DNA from: an uncultured Acidimicrobiia bacterium | Lineage (GTDB): Bacteria > Actinomycetota > Acidimicrobiia > Acidimicrobiales > Ilumatobacteraceae | Assembly: GCA_963833145.1 (NCBI GenBank) | Contig: CAWHWT010000006.1 | Location: 33,221-97,220 of the forward strand | Length of the DNA stretch: 64,000 bases | Direction of reading: 5' to 3' | In this document: positions 26,249 through 35,815 of the stretch, one piece after another | How the letters are laid out: each line of letters starts with the position of its first letter | How positions within the stretch are numbered: the first letter of the stretch is position 1 | Notes under the pieces: generated by a model | What the model was told of the DNA's origin: nothing | Databases searched by the model: none | Seen by the model: only the letters and a program-made list of their open reading frames with translations | Program-made: the position numbers and the translations under genes

Positions 26249-27979
26249 TCAGCTCGCGTACCGGGCCGTCTCACCGCGGTCGACCGTCACTGGCGTGGGC
26301 GGCCGATGGAGGGCGAGGCGGGCGGGGGTGGACGTGAGCTGTGCCTTGGTGACGAAGGCGCGGCGGGCGTCGGCGAAGCCGTTGCGATCGTCGAAGATGT
26401 CCCGACTCATCTCGGCGAGTTCTTCGACGCGGTATGCCTCGAGGGGCTTCCGGCGCTCGGCGGCCGCACGGGCCGCACGCTTCTGCTCGAGCAGTCGCTC
26501 GTACTGGTCGCGACCGGCGAGGTGGGCGGCGTGGTCGAGCACCCACTCCTCGAAGTCGACGGGCGAGCCCGGTCGCACCTTGTCGACGAGGCCGATCCGC
26601 CCGGCGTGCGACGCGCTGATCGGCAGGCACTGTTGGGTGAGTCTCGCCGCCTCGATGTCACCGACCCGACGGGGCAACACGTACGTCCAGTACTCCGAGC
26701 CGTACAAGCCCATCGTCTTGTAGTGGGGGTTGAGGACGACACCGTCACGGACGATCACCCGGTCGGCGCCGAGGGCGAGCATCACGCCTCCCGCTCCGGC
26801 GTTGCCGCTCACGGACGTCACGACGAGCTGGCCGGTGCATGTGATGATCTGGCGGCACACGTCGTCGATGGCGTTGATGTTGCGCCACGCCTCGAACGCC
26901 GGCGAGGGCGCGGCGTCGATGAGGTTGAGGTGGATGCCGTTGGAGAAGACGTCTCCGCCGCGGATCACCAGTACTTTGGTCGGCTGGGTGGTGGCGTGAC
27001 GGAGTGCGGCGTCCAGTCGCCGGCATTGCTCGGTCGACATCGCACCGTTGTAGAAGGCGAAGCTCAGCACTCCGACCTCGCCTCGTCGGTCGTACCGGAT
27101 CTCCCGGCGGCCGCCCGAGTCATCCGGCTCGTCGAGCGGATGCAACGCGTCTGGCACACCCTTGAGGAAGGGAGCGAGGGCGAGCGTCGCGGGCAGTTTG
27201 ATCGCCCCTTTGGTTCGGACCTGGCCGATCCACACGCCGCCGTCGCCGGTTCGGACGAGCACGGCGCCATGGTGTCGCAGCAGGATCGTGCCGGGCAGGC
27301 CCGGCAGCGTCGGTCCCCGGTGGGCGTCGAACACCGACATCGGCACGTTGCAGATCGTGGTCGGGGCGCCGGGTGATCCGTCGGCAGCACGGATCCGGCG
27401 CAGGATCTCATTGGTGGGGTCGGACCACGAGAACTGACGGTCTGACGCGCGCATCGCCGGGCGGAGCCGGCCGATCACGTCGGGATTCGTGTAGTCCAAC
27501 GGTTCCGGGGTGAACGAAGGATCGGCGGCTTTGGCGACGACTTCGCTGATCAGGTCGATCGCGGCGTCGGCGATCGGACCGTTGTAGACCGCGCTCTTGC
27601 GCAGCTCGCCGGGCTCGAGCGGGAACGTCCGTGATCCCCAGATCGGCCCGGCGTCCATCTCCTCGACGGCCTGGAGAGCGGTGACACCCCATCGGGACTC
27701 ACCGGTGGTGATCGCCCAGTCCAACGAGGACGGTCCGCGGTCCCCTTTGGGTCCCGGGTGGACGATGATCGTCCGGTAGCGCGTCCACACCTCCGCCGGG
27801 ACGCGCTCCCTGAGGAACGGGCAGATGATGAGATCGGGGCCGAACCGGTCGGTTGCGGAGATGACGACGTCCGCGCTGACGGCGAGCTCGACGGTCACGT
27901 CGTGACCAGCGGCGCGCAACTCCAGCCAGGCGCGTTGGGTGAGCCCGTTGAATGCCGAACAGAGCAAGAGGATCTTCAT
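26249..27979 (-). CDS. hypX: HypX/HoxX-like fusion protein (formyltransferase-like N-domain + crotonase-like C-domain)
   Basis: The N-terminus MKILLLCSAFNGLTQRAWLELRAAGHDV..IICPFLRERVPAEVW..IVHPGPKGDRGPSSLDWAI matches remembered HypX. The C-half has an enoyl-CoA-hydratase-like core (VLVIRGG..FSNGIHLN, GNAGAGGVMLALGAD). Confidence 0.85.
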   Translation of the reverse strand: MKILLLCSAFNGLTQRAWLELRAAGHDVTVELAVSADVVISATDRFGPDLIICPFLRERVPAEVWTRYRTIIVHPGPKGDRGPSSLDWAITTGESRWGVTALQAVEEMDAGPIWGSRTFPLEPGELRKSAVYNGPIADAAIDLISEVVAKAADPSFTPEPLDYTNPDVIGRLRPAMRASDRQFSWSDPTNEILRRIRAADGSPGAPTTICNVPMSVFDAHRGPTLPGLPGTILLRHHGAVLVRTGDGGVWIGQVRTKGAIKLPATLALAPFLKGVPDALHPLDEPDDSGGRREIRYDRRGEVGVLSFAFYNGAMSTEQCRRLDAALRHATTQPTKVLVIRGGDVFSNGIHLNLIDAAPSPAFEAWRNINAIDDVCRQIITCTGQLVVTSVSGNAGAGGVMLALGADRVIVRDGVVLNPHYKTMGLYGSEYWTYVLPRRVGDIEAARLTQQCLPISASHAGRIGLVDKVRPGSPVDFEEWVLDHAAHLAGRDQYERLLEQKRAARAAAERRKPLEAYRVEELAEMSRDIFDDRNGFADARRAFVTKAQLTSTPARLALHRPPTPVTVDRGETARYAS

Positions 27980-28007
27980 CTGACTGCGCTCCAGCAAGGT
28001 CGGCTCA

Positions 28008-28310
28008 TCAGCCGTCGTCCTCGACGCGGGTGAACGTCACCGACAGCCAGTCGGGATCAGCGCTCGACTCGACGGTCATCGCGTAGCCGCACGCCATGGC
28101 CAGGAGATCGGCCTGGAGGCGCTCGCCGGGACGGATCGACTCGGCGAGTGCACCGATCCCAGGCCCGGCGAGGGTGGCGCCGATCGCCCCCAGGCGCCAA
28201 CCACTCTCGAAGGCGTCGTCGTCGAACGGACCGCCCCTGCTCCGACACAGGACCAGCGGCATCCCCGGGTCGCCGTGGACCTCGTCGATCTCCAACCTGT
28301 CGTGGTTCAT
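28008..28310 (-). CDS. Hypothetical acidic 100-aa protein upstream of the HypX-like gene
   Basis: ATG 28310 (MNHDRLEIDEVHGDPG..) follows AGGGA. Its stop lies 10-28 nt before the HypX-like start. I recognised no motif. Confidence 0.5.
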   Translation of the reverse strand: MNHDRLEIDEVHGDPGMPLVLCRSRGGPFDDDAFESGWRLGAIGATLAGPGIGALAESIRPGERLQADLLAMACGYAMTVESSADPDWLSVTFTRVEDDG

Positions 28311-28514
28311 GTCGCGTTCCCTTCGAGTGGATCCCGCCGGCGCTTCTGGCGGGGTCGTCCAGGTGATGCCCGGGCGACGCTGCCAATACGGACCGACCAC
28401 TGGCATCGGGTTGCAGAACGTCGAGGTTTCGGGAAAACCCGTAGGCGCGGGGGCCTCCCAGCACGGCCGCACCGGCTAGAAAGGGACGACGGGACGACTC
28501 GGCGGGAGGCACAG

Positions 28515-29915
28515 ATGGCCAACGTGATCGTGGTCGGGGGCGGGATCGCCGGACTATGCGGCTCGATGCTGCTCGCCCGTGACGGTCATCAAGTCCGCCT
28601 GCTCGAACGCGATCCGGAGTCGCCGACGACACCCGAAGGGGCGTGGGACGCTTGGCGGCGCCGCGGCGTCAACCAGTTCAACATGCTCCACTACTTCCTG
28701 CCTCGGTTCCGAGAGATGGTGGAGACGGAGCTCCCCGACGTGGCGAGAACGTTGGAAGCGAACGGTGCCTTACGCCTCAACTTCGTGAACGCCGCCCCGG
28801 ACGAGCTCACCGGCGGGCCTCGGCCGGGCGACGAGCGGTTCACGGTGTTGACCGGGCGTCGACCGTTCGTCGAGGCCGTCATCGCCGGAATGGCGGCCGC
28901 CGAACCGAACGTCGAGGTCACGCGCGGCGCCGCCGTGCGCGGCCTGCTCGCCGAGGGATCGAACGGTGTGCCTCATGTCGCCGGGGTCGTCACCGACGCC
29001 GGCGAGGAGCTGCGGGCGGATCTCGTGGTGGACGCAAGCGGCCGCCGGTCGCAGCTGCCGGCCTGGCTGGCGGCGCTCGGTGCCCGTGCCGCCTACGAGG
29101 AGCTCGACGACTGCGGCTTCGTCTACTACGGACGCCACTTTCGCTCGGACGACGGCTCGGTCCCGGCCGCGTTGGGTCCTCCGCTGCAGCACTACGAATC
29201 GATCTCGCTGTTGCTCCTGCCGGCGGACAACGGGACGTGGGGCGTCGGTGTCGTCGCGAGCGCGGCCGACGCGCCGATGCGCGCGGCGCGTCACCTCGAT
29301 GTCTGGACGCGGATCGTGTCGAGCTATCCGCTGGCGGCGCACTGGCTCGATGGCGAGCCGATCTCCGACGTCGCCGTGATGGCAAAGATCGAGGATCGCT
29401 ACCGCCGCTACTCCGACGCCGATGGTCCCGTCGCCACCGGCGTCGTGGCGGTGGCCGACTCGTGGGCCTGCACCAACCCATCGGTCGGTCGAGGGGCGTC
29501 GATCGGCCTGCTCCATGCGGTGTGCCTTCGCGACCTGCTGCGCGAGATCCCGCCGGGCGACGCTGCGTTCGCCACGCGGTGGGACGAGGTCACCGCCGAA
29601 GTCGTCGAGCCGTTCTACCGCGACACACTCGCCTTCGACCGCCACCGGCTCGCCGAGATCGACGCCCAGATCGCCGGCATCCCGTACGAAACCCAGGACC
29701 CGGGATGGCTGCTCGGTCAGGCCCTCGCGCGGGCGTCCGGCAAGGACCCGGACCTCTTGCGCGCCTTTGCCGATATCGCGTCACTGCACGAGCGCGGCGT
29801 GGACGTGATGGCCCGACCGGGCATCGCCGACAAGGCGATCGCACTCGGAGGGCGAGACGACACCCCGCCGCTGGGGCCGAACCGCCAGGAGCTGCTCGCC
29901 ATCGTCGGCGGCTGA
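28515..29915 (+). CDS. FAD-dependent oxidoreductase/monooxygenase-like protein
   Basis: ATG 28515 follows GGGAGG. The product has MANVIVVGGGIAGLCGSMLLARDGHQVRLLER (a dinucleotide-binding motif) and a later DASGRRS. Confidence 0.8.
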   Translation: MANVIVVGGGIAGLCGSMLLARDGHQVRLLERDPESPTTPEGAWDAWRRRGVNQFNMLHYFLPRFREMVETELPDVARTLEANGALRLNFVNAAPDELTGGPRPGDERFTVLTGRRPFVEAVIAGMAAAEPNVEVTRGAAVRGLLAEGSNGVPHVAGVVTDAGEELRADLVVDASGRRSQLPAWLAALGARAAYEELDDCGFVYYGRHFRSDDGSVPAALGPPLQHYESISLLLLPADNGTWGVGVVASAADAPMRAARHLDVWTRIVSSYPLAAHWLDGEPISDVAVMAKIEDRYRRYSDADGPVATGVVAVADSWACTNPSVGRGASIGLLHAVCLRDLLREIPPGDAAFATRWDEVTAEVVEPFYRDTLAFDRHRLAEIDAQIAGIPYETQDPGWLLGQALARASGKDPDLLRAFADIASLHERGVDVMARPGIADKAIALGGRDDTPPLGPNRQELLAIVGG

Positions 29916-29997
29916 TCGACGTCGCGCTCGTCAGCCGGACTCGTGAAGCGACGGCGTTGGCCGCGATTCAGCTCGCCGATCGCGGTGCGGTCGGCGA

Positions 29998-32149
29998 TCA
30001 GGTCAGGGGCAGGTTGCTTGCGGTGGCAGGCGTCGTGGCGATGGCGATGTCGGTGACCGTCACGGGTGGCGTGGTCGACGTCGGCACGAGGGCGACGATG
30101 GAGTGGTTGGTGGTGTGGCGCCATTGCACGGCGTCGTTGACGGTGTCGAAGCCGCTGGCCGGGTCGAAGTGCAGCATGCCGTCCCGGTTGGTTCGCACCA
30201 GCCAGAGGTCGTTGAAGCCGTTGCCGGCGGGGTTGGTCGTCTCGGTGTGGCCGATGGCGGCCAGGCCGGAACCGACCGTGACCACTCCGGTGAGTTCGTC
30301 CTCGTCCGCACCGACGTAGCTCTTCGACCACAGTGGCATTCCGGTCTTGTCGATGCGGATCATCCAGGCGTCCTCGTCGGAATTGCCGGTGGTGCCGGAC
30401 AGGACGTAGTCGTCGCCGGCGACGGTGGTGATGTCGGTTGCGCGGGAGGAGGGGGCGTCGGGTCGGTCGGCGTAGAGCGACGACCACAGGAGGCTGTCGT
30501 GTTCGTCGAACGCGGTGATCCACGGTTGGGCGCAGTTGCATGCGGTGTCGATCGTGTGTCCGCTGATCGCGTAGGTTCCGTCGGGCTGGATGGCGATCCC
30601 GGTTGCGACATCGGAGAAGGGGCCACCGAGGACCTGTGCCGTGAAGGGCGTGCCGTCAGGCCGGAGTCGCATGATCAGCACGTTGCCCTGATCGATGGAG
30701 CGGTCAGGGAGCGCATAGGCGACGTTGCCGACGGCCACCAGGTTGCCGTCGGGCGCCTCGACCAGGTCGACGATGGTGGCGTCACCCGCGCCCGGACCGG
30801 GATCGATCTCGGTGACCGAGATGTCGCCGTCATCGTCGACCGCGACGAGGGTCGGCCGTTCCACCGCGGCGGTCCCGCGCCGGACGCTGCCGGCGACGAT
30901 CGCCCCGCCGGTCGTCGGCATGACAGCTGACCAGACCGCGGAGGTGGCGCCGTCGACGACGACTTGCTTGGACCAGTCCTGCGAGCCGGACTCGGGGTCG
31001 AAACTGCCGGTGCGCAACCGGCCGCTGCCGCTGACCGCGGCGGTCACCAGGTTGCCGGTGCCGGTGCGGCCGACGGCCTGGCTCCCGGACGACTGCGAGT
31101 TCGTGTGCTGCCAGATCCGGGTTGCCGTTTCCGTCGAGTGTCGCCATCCACGGGTTGGCGGCGTCCTCGACCACGACCAGCCGGTCGCCGATCGGGAGCA
31201 CGGCGCCGGCGACGTCGCTGTTGAAGATGTCGAAGGCCCGTGACCAGCGGGTGGAGACGTCCGCCACGGGGCCGTCGTCGGGGGCGTGCGCGATGGGGAA
31301 GTGGGCCGCCGGGAACAATGACGGTGGCCGGCGGGGCAGCCGCGGGAGGCCGGCGGGATCGGGTGTGGCCCACGCGTACTTCAGGCCGGCCGTGCCGTCG
31401 AGGGACCACCACGGATCGGCGGTGAGGTCGACGTCGAGCGCGGCGCCGAGCGCGGCGATCAGTGCCGGACCGCCGATCGGGACACCGTTCAGCAGCATCA
31501 TGAACGTCACCGAGATGTTCAGCTCGACCTCGGCGTTGAACGCCAGCGCGTTGGCGGCGTCGGGGAGCCCGATCTCGGGCCGGAAGCTTGGTCGCTGCTC
31601 GGCGGTCGCCGTGGGCCGTCCGCCGAGCTTGGCGATGGCGGCGCTGACGTTGAACGGAGCGACCAGACTGAGCTGGGCGCCGGCCTCGGCGTGACCGGAG
31701 AACTGCACGTCAATGCCGAGGTACGGGATGACGGTCACGGGCCCGGCGGGGAACTCGCCCACCGGCACGCTGAGCACCTCGAGGATGCCGTCGAGGTCGC
31801 CTGACGTCTCGGCCGCCAACTCGAGGGTCAGCGCACCGCGCAGCCCGAGATCGGAATCGAACTCCGTCAGCGCGTCGTCCTCGAGGGTCGGCCTGAGGTC
31901 GGTGCCCGCCCACGTGACCGCGAGGTTGCCGTTGGCGACCACGCTGGCATCGCCGGACTCACCGAGGACCACGTCGTCGATCGGCACGTACAAACCGTCC
32001 TGGAAGCCCTCGATGTTCACGGGCAACGGCACGGCCGCGGCGGGCTGGGCGTCGACGGCGGTCGTGGCCGCGACGACGGCGACGAGTGAGGTGAGCACCA
32101 GTGCGCGTCGGCGGCGAACTCGACGGCCCGGGGAGGTCGTGGTCGGCAT
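29998..32149 (-). pseudogene. Secreted protein (unknown N-domain + SBBP/delta-60-like beta-propeller repeats) split by one frame disruption
   Basis: Track ORFs 30830..32221 and 29998..31047 form one gene. Sensible sequence switches frame at CCGGG 31107-31111 (..WMATLDGNGNP / IWQHTNSQSSGS..). The signal peptide is MPTTTSPGRRVRRRRALVLTSLVAVVAATTAVDA, from ATG 32149. This could be an assembly error rather than a true pseudogene. Confidence 0.7.
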
Positions 32150-32357
32150 GTCGGGTGGTCCCTTCGGTCGGATCCGCCGGTCGTTCCGGCGGGGGATGCC
32201 GAGATCGCAATCCAGCACCACTGCCGTTACGGCGCGTCGGTGCCGATCGGGTCGCGATATGCGCCCGATGTAGGGAAAACCCGTAGGCGTACGTCCCCGG
32301 TGTGTCGATGTGCGTGATCCGCCCTACGCTCGGGGGCGTACGGGAGGGAGACAGCGG

Positions 32358-35300
32358 GTGAGCGGGTGCGGGTCGTGTGGTGCGTCGGTGGCGTCGCGCC
32401 AGAAGTTCTGTGGCGAGTGCGGTTCGGCACTCACGTCGGCGTGTCCCGCCTGCGGGGCGTCGGCGGCACCCGGTCAGCGCTTCTGTGTGGAGTGCGGTCG
32501 CGTGCTCGGCGAGGCCTCGCCGTCGACGACGCCGTCGCCCCTCGACGACACCGCCGAGTTGCGAATCGTGTCGGTCCTCTTCTGCGACCTCGTCGGGTAC
32601 ACCCCACGGTCGGAGCGGCTGGACGCGGACGAGGTGCGGGAGCTGCTGTCGGGCTATTTCGACGTCGCCCGTGACGTCATCGCCCGACATGGCGGCACGA
32701 TCGAGAAGTTCGTCGGGGACGCCGTGATGGCGGTGTGGGGGATGCCGGCCGCCCATGAAGACGACGCCGAGCGAGCGGTCCGGGCGGGGCTCGAGCTCGT
32801 CGACGCCGTGGCGGCCTACGGCGAACGGCATCACACCGACGGGTTGGCCGCCCGCGTCGGCATCGTCACCGGCCGGGCGGCGGCGATGGCGTCGGTCGAC
32901 GAGGGAATCGTGGTCGGTGATCGGGTCAACACAGCGGCACGGATCCAGTCGATCGCCGAGCCCGGCGCGGTGCTGGTGGACGACACGACGAAAGACGCGA
33001 CCACGTCGGTGATCGCCTACCGCGACGGTGGTCTGCACGCTCTGAAGGGCAAGGTCGAACCGGTCCAGGTGTGGTGCGCCGAGCGGGCCATCGCCGGCGC
33101 CCAGGGAATCAACCGCGGATCGGGACTCGAGTCGGAGATGGTCGGGCGGGACCGCGAACTGCGCCTGCTCAAGGACCTGTTCCACGAGAGCGTCGACCGG
33201 GGGACGGCCCGGCTCGTGTCGATCGTGGGCGCGGCCGGGGTCGGGAAGTCGCGCCTGTTGTGGGAGTTCGACAAGTACGTCGACGGCCTCGTGGCGCCGA
33301 CGATGTGGCACCAGGGTCGGTGCCTGTCCTACGGCGACGGGGTGGCCTTCTGGGCGCTGGCCCAGATGGTCCGCCAGCGTCTCGCCATCGGCGAGCAGGA
33401 GCCGTCCGACGTCGTCCGCCAGCGCCTCCGTGACGGCCTCGCCGGATGGGAGCCGGCCGACCGGGACTTCGTCGAGCCGCGCCTCGCCCTGCTGTTGGGG
33501 GTCGGCGAGGGCAATGCGTCACGCGACGAGCTGTTCGGTGCTTGGCGCGCCTTCTTCGAGCGGCTCGCCGCCGAGGCGCCGGTGGTTCTCATCGTCGAGG
33601 ACCTGCACTGGGCCGACGACGGTCTTCTCGACTTCCTCGACAGCCTGCTGGCGTGGTCGGCGCAGCACCCGATCCTCATCGTCACGTTGAGCCGGCCCGA
33701 GCTGCTCGAGCAGCGGCCTGGCTGGGGCCACGGCCGCCACGCCACCACCATCGCGCTGGAGCCGTTGGACCCGCCGTTGATGCGCCGGCTGCTCGACGAC
33801 CTCGTCGATCTCCCGCCGGCGTCGGTCGACCGGGTGGTGGCGCAGGCTGAGGGCATCCCGCTCTTCGCCGTCGAGATTGCCCGCTCGGTGCTCGACGGGG
33901 GCGACCTCGACGACATCGTGGTGCCCGCCTCGCTCACCGCGCTGCTGGCGGCGCGGCTCGACGCCCTGCCGCCTGACGAGCGCTCGCTCGTACGCGACAT
34001 GGCGGTGCTCGGGACGAGCTTCCCGCGGCCGGCGGTCGCCGCCGTCGCCACGCCGACGGCGACGCCGCTCGAGGTGATGCTGTCGAGTCTGCTGCGCCGA
34101 GAGATCCTGTCCGTCGTTGCCGATCCCCTGTCGCCAGAGCGCGGGCACCTGCAGTTCACCCACGGACTCATGCGCGCCGTCGTCTACGACAACCTGACCC
34201 GTCGCGAGCGCAAGGCCCGCCACCTCGCTGTTGCCGGGCACCTGCGCCGAGCCTTCGCCGACGAAGGGGCGGAGGTCGCCGAAGTGATCGCCGACCACTA
34301 CCGCCAGGCGCTGGACGCGGCGACGGACGACGACGAGGTCACCGTGCTGCGGGCCGAGGCCTCGGCCGCGTACCGCCGCGCGGGCGACCGAGCAGCCGGA
34401 CTCGGCGCGGCGTCCGTCGCAGCCAAGACCTACGGGACTGCGATCGATCTCGCCGACGACCCGACCACACGGACCGAGCTGTGCCGCCGGGCCGGGGTGG
34501 CGGCGGGGTACGCCGGACAGTTCGAGGTGGCCGTGCCGCTCCTCGAGCGGGCGATCGCCGAGCTCGGCGCGGCCGGCCGTCACGAAGAGGCCCGCTCGGC
34601 GACCTCCGAGCTGGCGTATGCGCTCTCCGACGCCGGTCGAATGAGCGAACAGCGGGCCCTGTTGGAGTCGGCGATCGCGAGCACCGATGACGCGGCTGAT
34701 CGCGGCACGGGCGCGTTGATCCTCGCCCTCGCCAGCGCGGATGTGCTCGGCGGGCGGAGCGGCGAGGACACGCGACGCCTCATCGACCGATCGATCGCCA
34801 TCGCCGAGGGCCTCGGCGACCGGTATCAACTGGCCCGGGCGTTCAACATCGAAGGTCTGCGCCACTTGCTCCTCGACAACCCGATCAGCGCCCGGGCGCA
34901 GCTGGCCGCCGCGGTCGAACTGGCCCGCCCGCTCGGCGACCTCCATCTCCTCATGACCGCCGTCGCGAACTACAGCCAAGTGCTGGTGGACAACGACGAC
35001 GACGCGGCCGATGAAGCGGTCGCCGAGTCGATGACGATCGCCCTTCGCCTCGGCCGCACTTCCTCCATCGCCCTCACGATCGGCAACCGCATGCGGTTTC
35101 TGATCCTCCGGGGTGACTGGGACGGCGCCGAGGCGATCGGCGCCACGGCCGGCACGCTCGAACTGGCGGCCTTCAGCGGCGAACCCCGCCGGTGGCTCGC
35201 GGTCCTGGCCGCGTGGCGAGGCGACCACACCCGCGCTCGCCGGCTGTTCGACGAGTCGCCGCCGACAGACGATCCGCAGGATCGATCTGTCGCCGAGTGT

Positions 35301-35804
35301 CAGGACGTGATCCTGCGCCACGCTGCCGGCACGCACGACGGTCTGGCGGGGCGCGCACGCGACCTGCTCGTACGTGACATCGGCGAGCAGGGATGGCGCT
35401 TCGACACGATCTCGTTCCTCTGGTCGATCGGCGTCGACGCCGCGCTGAGGACCGGTGAGCTCGGCGTTGCCCACGAGCTCGTCGAGCGCCTCGCGCGGCA
35501 GGCGCCGGCGCGTCGACCGCCGCACCTCACCGCCGAGTTGCTCCGGGCGCAAGCCCGTCTGGCCGTGGCGCGCGGGCAACCTGCGGACGTCGAGGGCCTG
35601 CTGAGCGAGGCGATCGATCGGCTGGAACAGATCCCCCGGCCGGTTCCTGCCGGGCACGCCCGCCTCGATCTGCGCGACTGGCTGTCGGCCGACGGGAGGG
35701 AGGAGGAAGCGGCGGATGTCGCCGAGCCGGCCATCGCGACGGCCCGGCGCCTCGGCGCGATCGCCCTGCTGCAGCGCCTCGACGCCAGCGCCGTGCCGCG
35801 GTGA
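32358..35804 (+). CDS. Double zinc-ribbon + class III adenylate/guanylate cyclase + STAND ATPase + TPR-like protein
   Basis: GTG 32358 lies 7 nt after GGGAGGGAG. Domains by eye: CGSCGAS..CGECG..CPACGAS..CVECG (zinc ribbons); VSVLFCDLVGYT..GGTIEKFVGDAVMAVWG (cyclase); VSIVGAAGVGKSRLL (Walker A); and a long helical repeat tail. Confidence 0.85.
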   Translation: MSGCGSCGASVASRQKFCGECGSALTSACPACGASAAPGQRFCVECGRVLGEASPSTTPSPLDDTAELRIVSVLFCDLVGYTPRSERLDADEVRELLSGYFDVARDVIARHGGTIEKFVGDAVMAVWGMPAAHEDDAERAVRAGLELVDAVAAYGERHHTDGLAARVGIVTGRAAAMASVDEGIVVGDRVNTAARIQSIAEPGAVLVDDTTKDATTSVIAYRDGGLHALKGKVEPVQVWCAERAIAGAQGINRGSGLESEMVGRDRELRLLKDLFHESVDRGTARLVSIVGAAGVGKSRLLWEFDKYVDGLVAPTMWHQGRCLSYGDGVAFWALAQMVRQRLAIGEQEPSDVVRQRLRDGLAGWEPADRDFVEPRLALLLGVGEGNASRDELFGAWRAFFERLAAEAPVVLIVEDLHWADDGLLDFLDSLLAWSAQHPILIVTLSRPELLEQRPGWGHGRHATTIALEPLDPPLMRRLLDDLVDLPPASVDRVVAQAEGIPLFAVEIARSVLDGGDLDDIVVPASLTALLAARLDALPPDERSLVRDMAVLGTSFPRPAVAAVATPTATPLEVMLSSLLRREILSVVADPLSPERGHLQFTHGLMRAVVYDNLTRRERKARHLAVAGHLRRAFADEGAEVAEVIADHYRQALDAATDDDEVTVLRAEASAAYRRAGDRAAGLGAASVAAKTYGTAIDLADDPTTRTELCRRAGVAAGYAGQFEVAVPLLERAIAELGAAGRHEEARSATSELAYALSDAGRMSEQRALLESAIASTDDAADRGTGALILALASADVLGGRSGEDTRRLIDRSIAIAEGLGDRYQLARAFNIEGLRHLLLDNPISARAQLAAAVELARPLGDLHLLMTAVANYSQVLVDNDDDAADEAVAESMTIALRLGRTSSIALTIGNRMRFLILRGDWDGAEAIGATAGTLELAAFSGEPRRWLAVLAAWRGDHTRARRLFDESPPTDDPQDRSVAECQDVILRHAAGTHDGLAGRARDLLVRDIGEQGWRFDTISFLWSIGVDAALRTGELGVAHELVERLARQAPARRPPHLTAELLRAQARLAVARGQPADVEGLLSEAIDRLEQIPRPVPAGHARLDLRDWLSADGREEEAADVAEPAIATARRLGAIALLQRLDASAVPR

Positions 35805-35815
35805 CGGCTCGGCGC

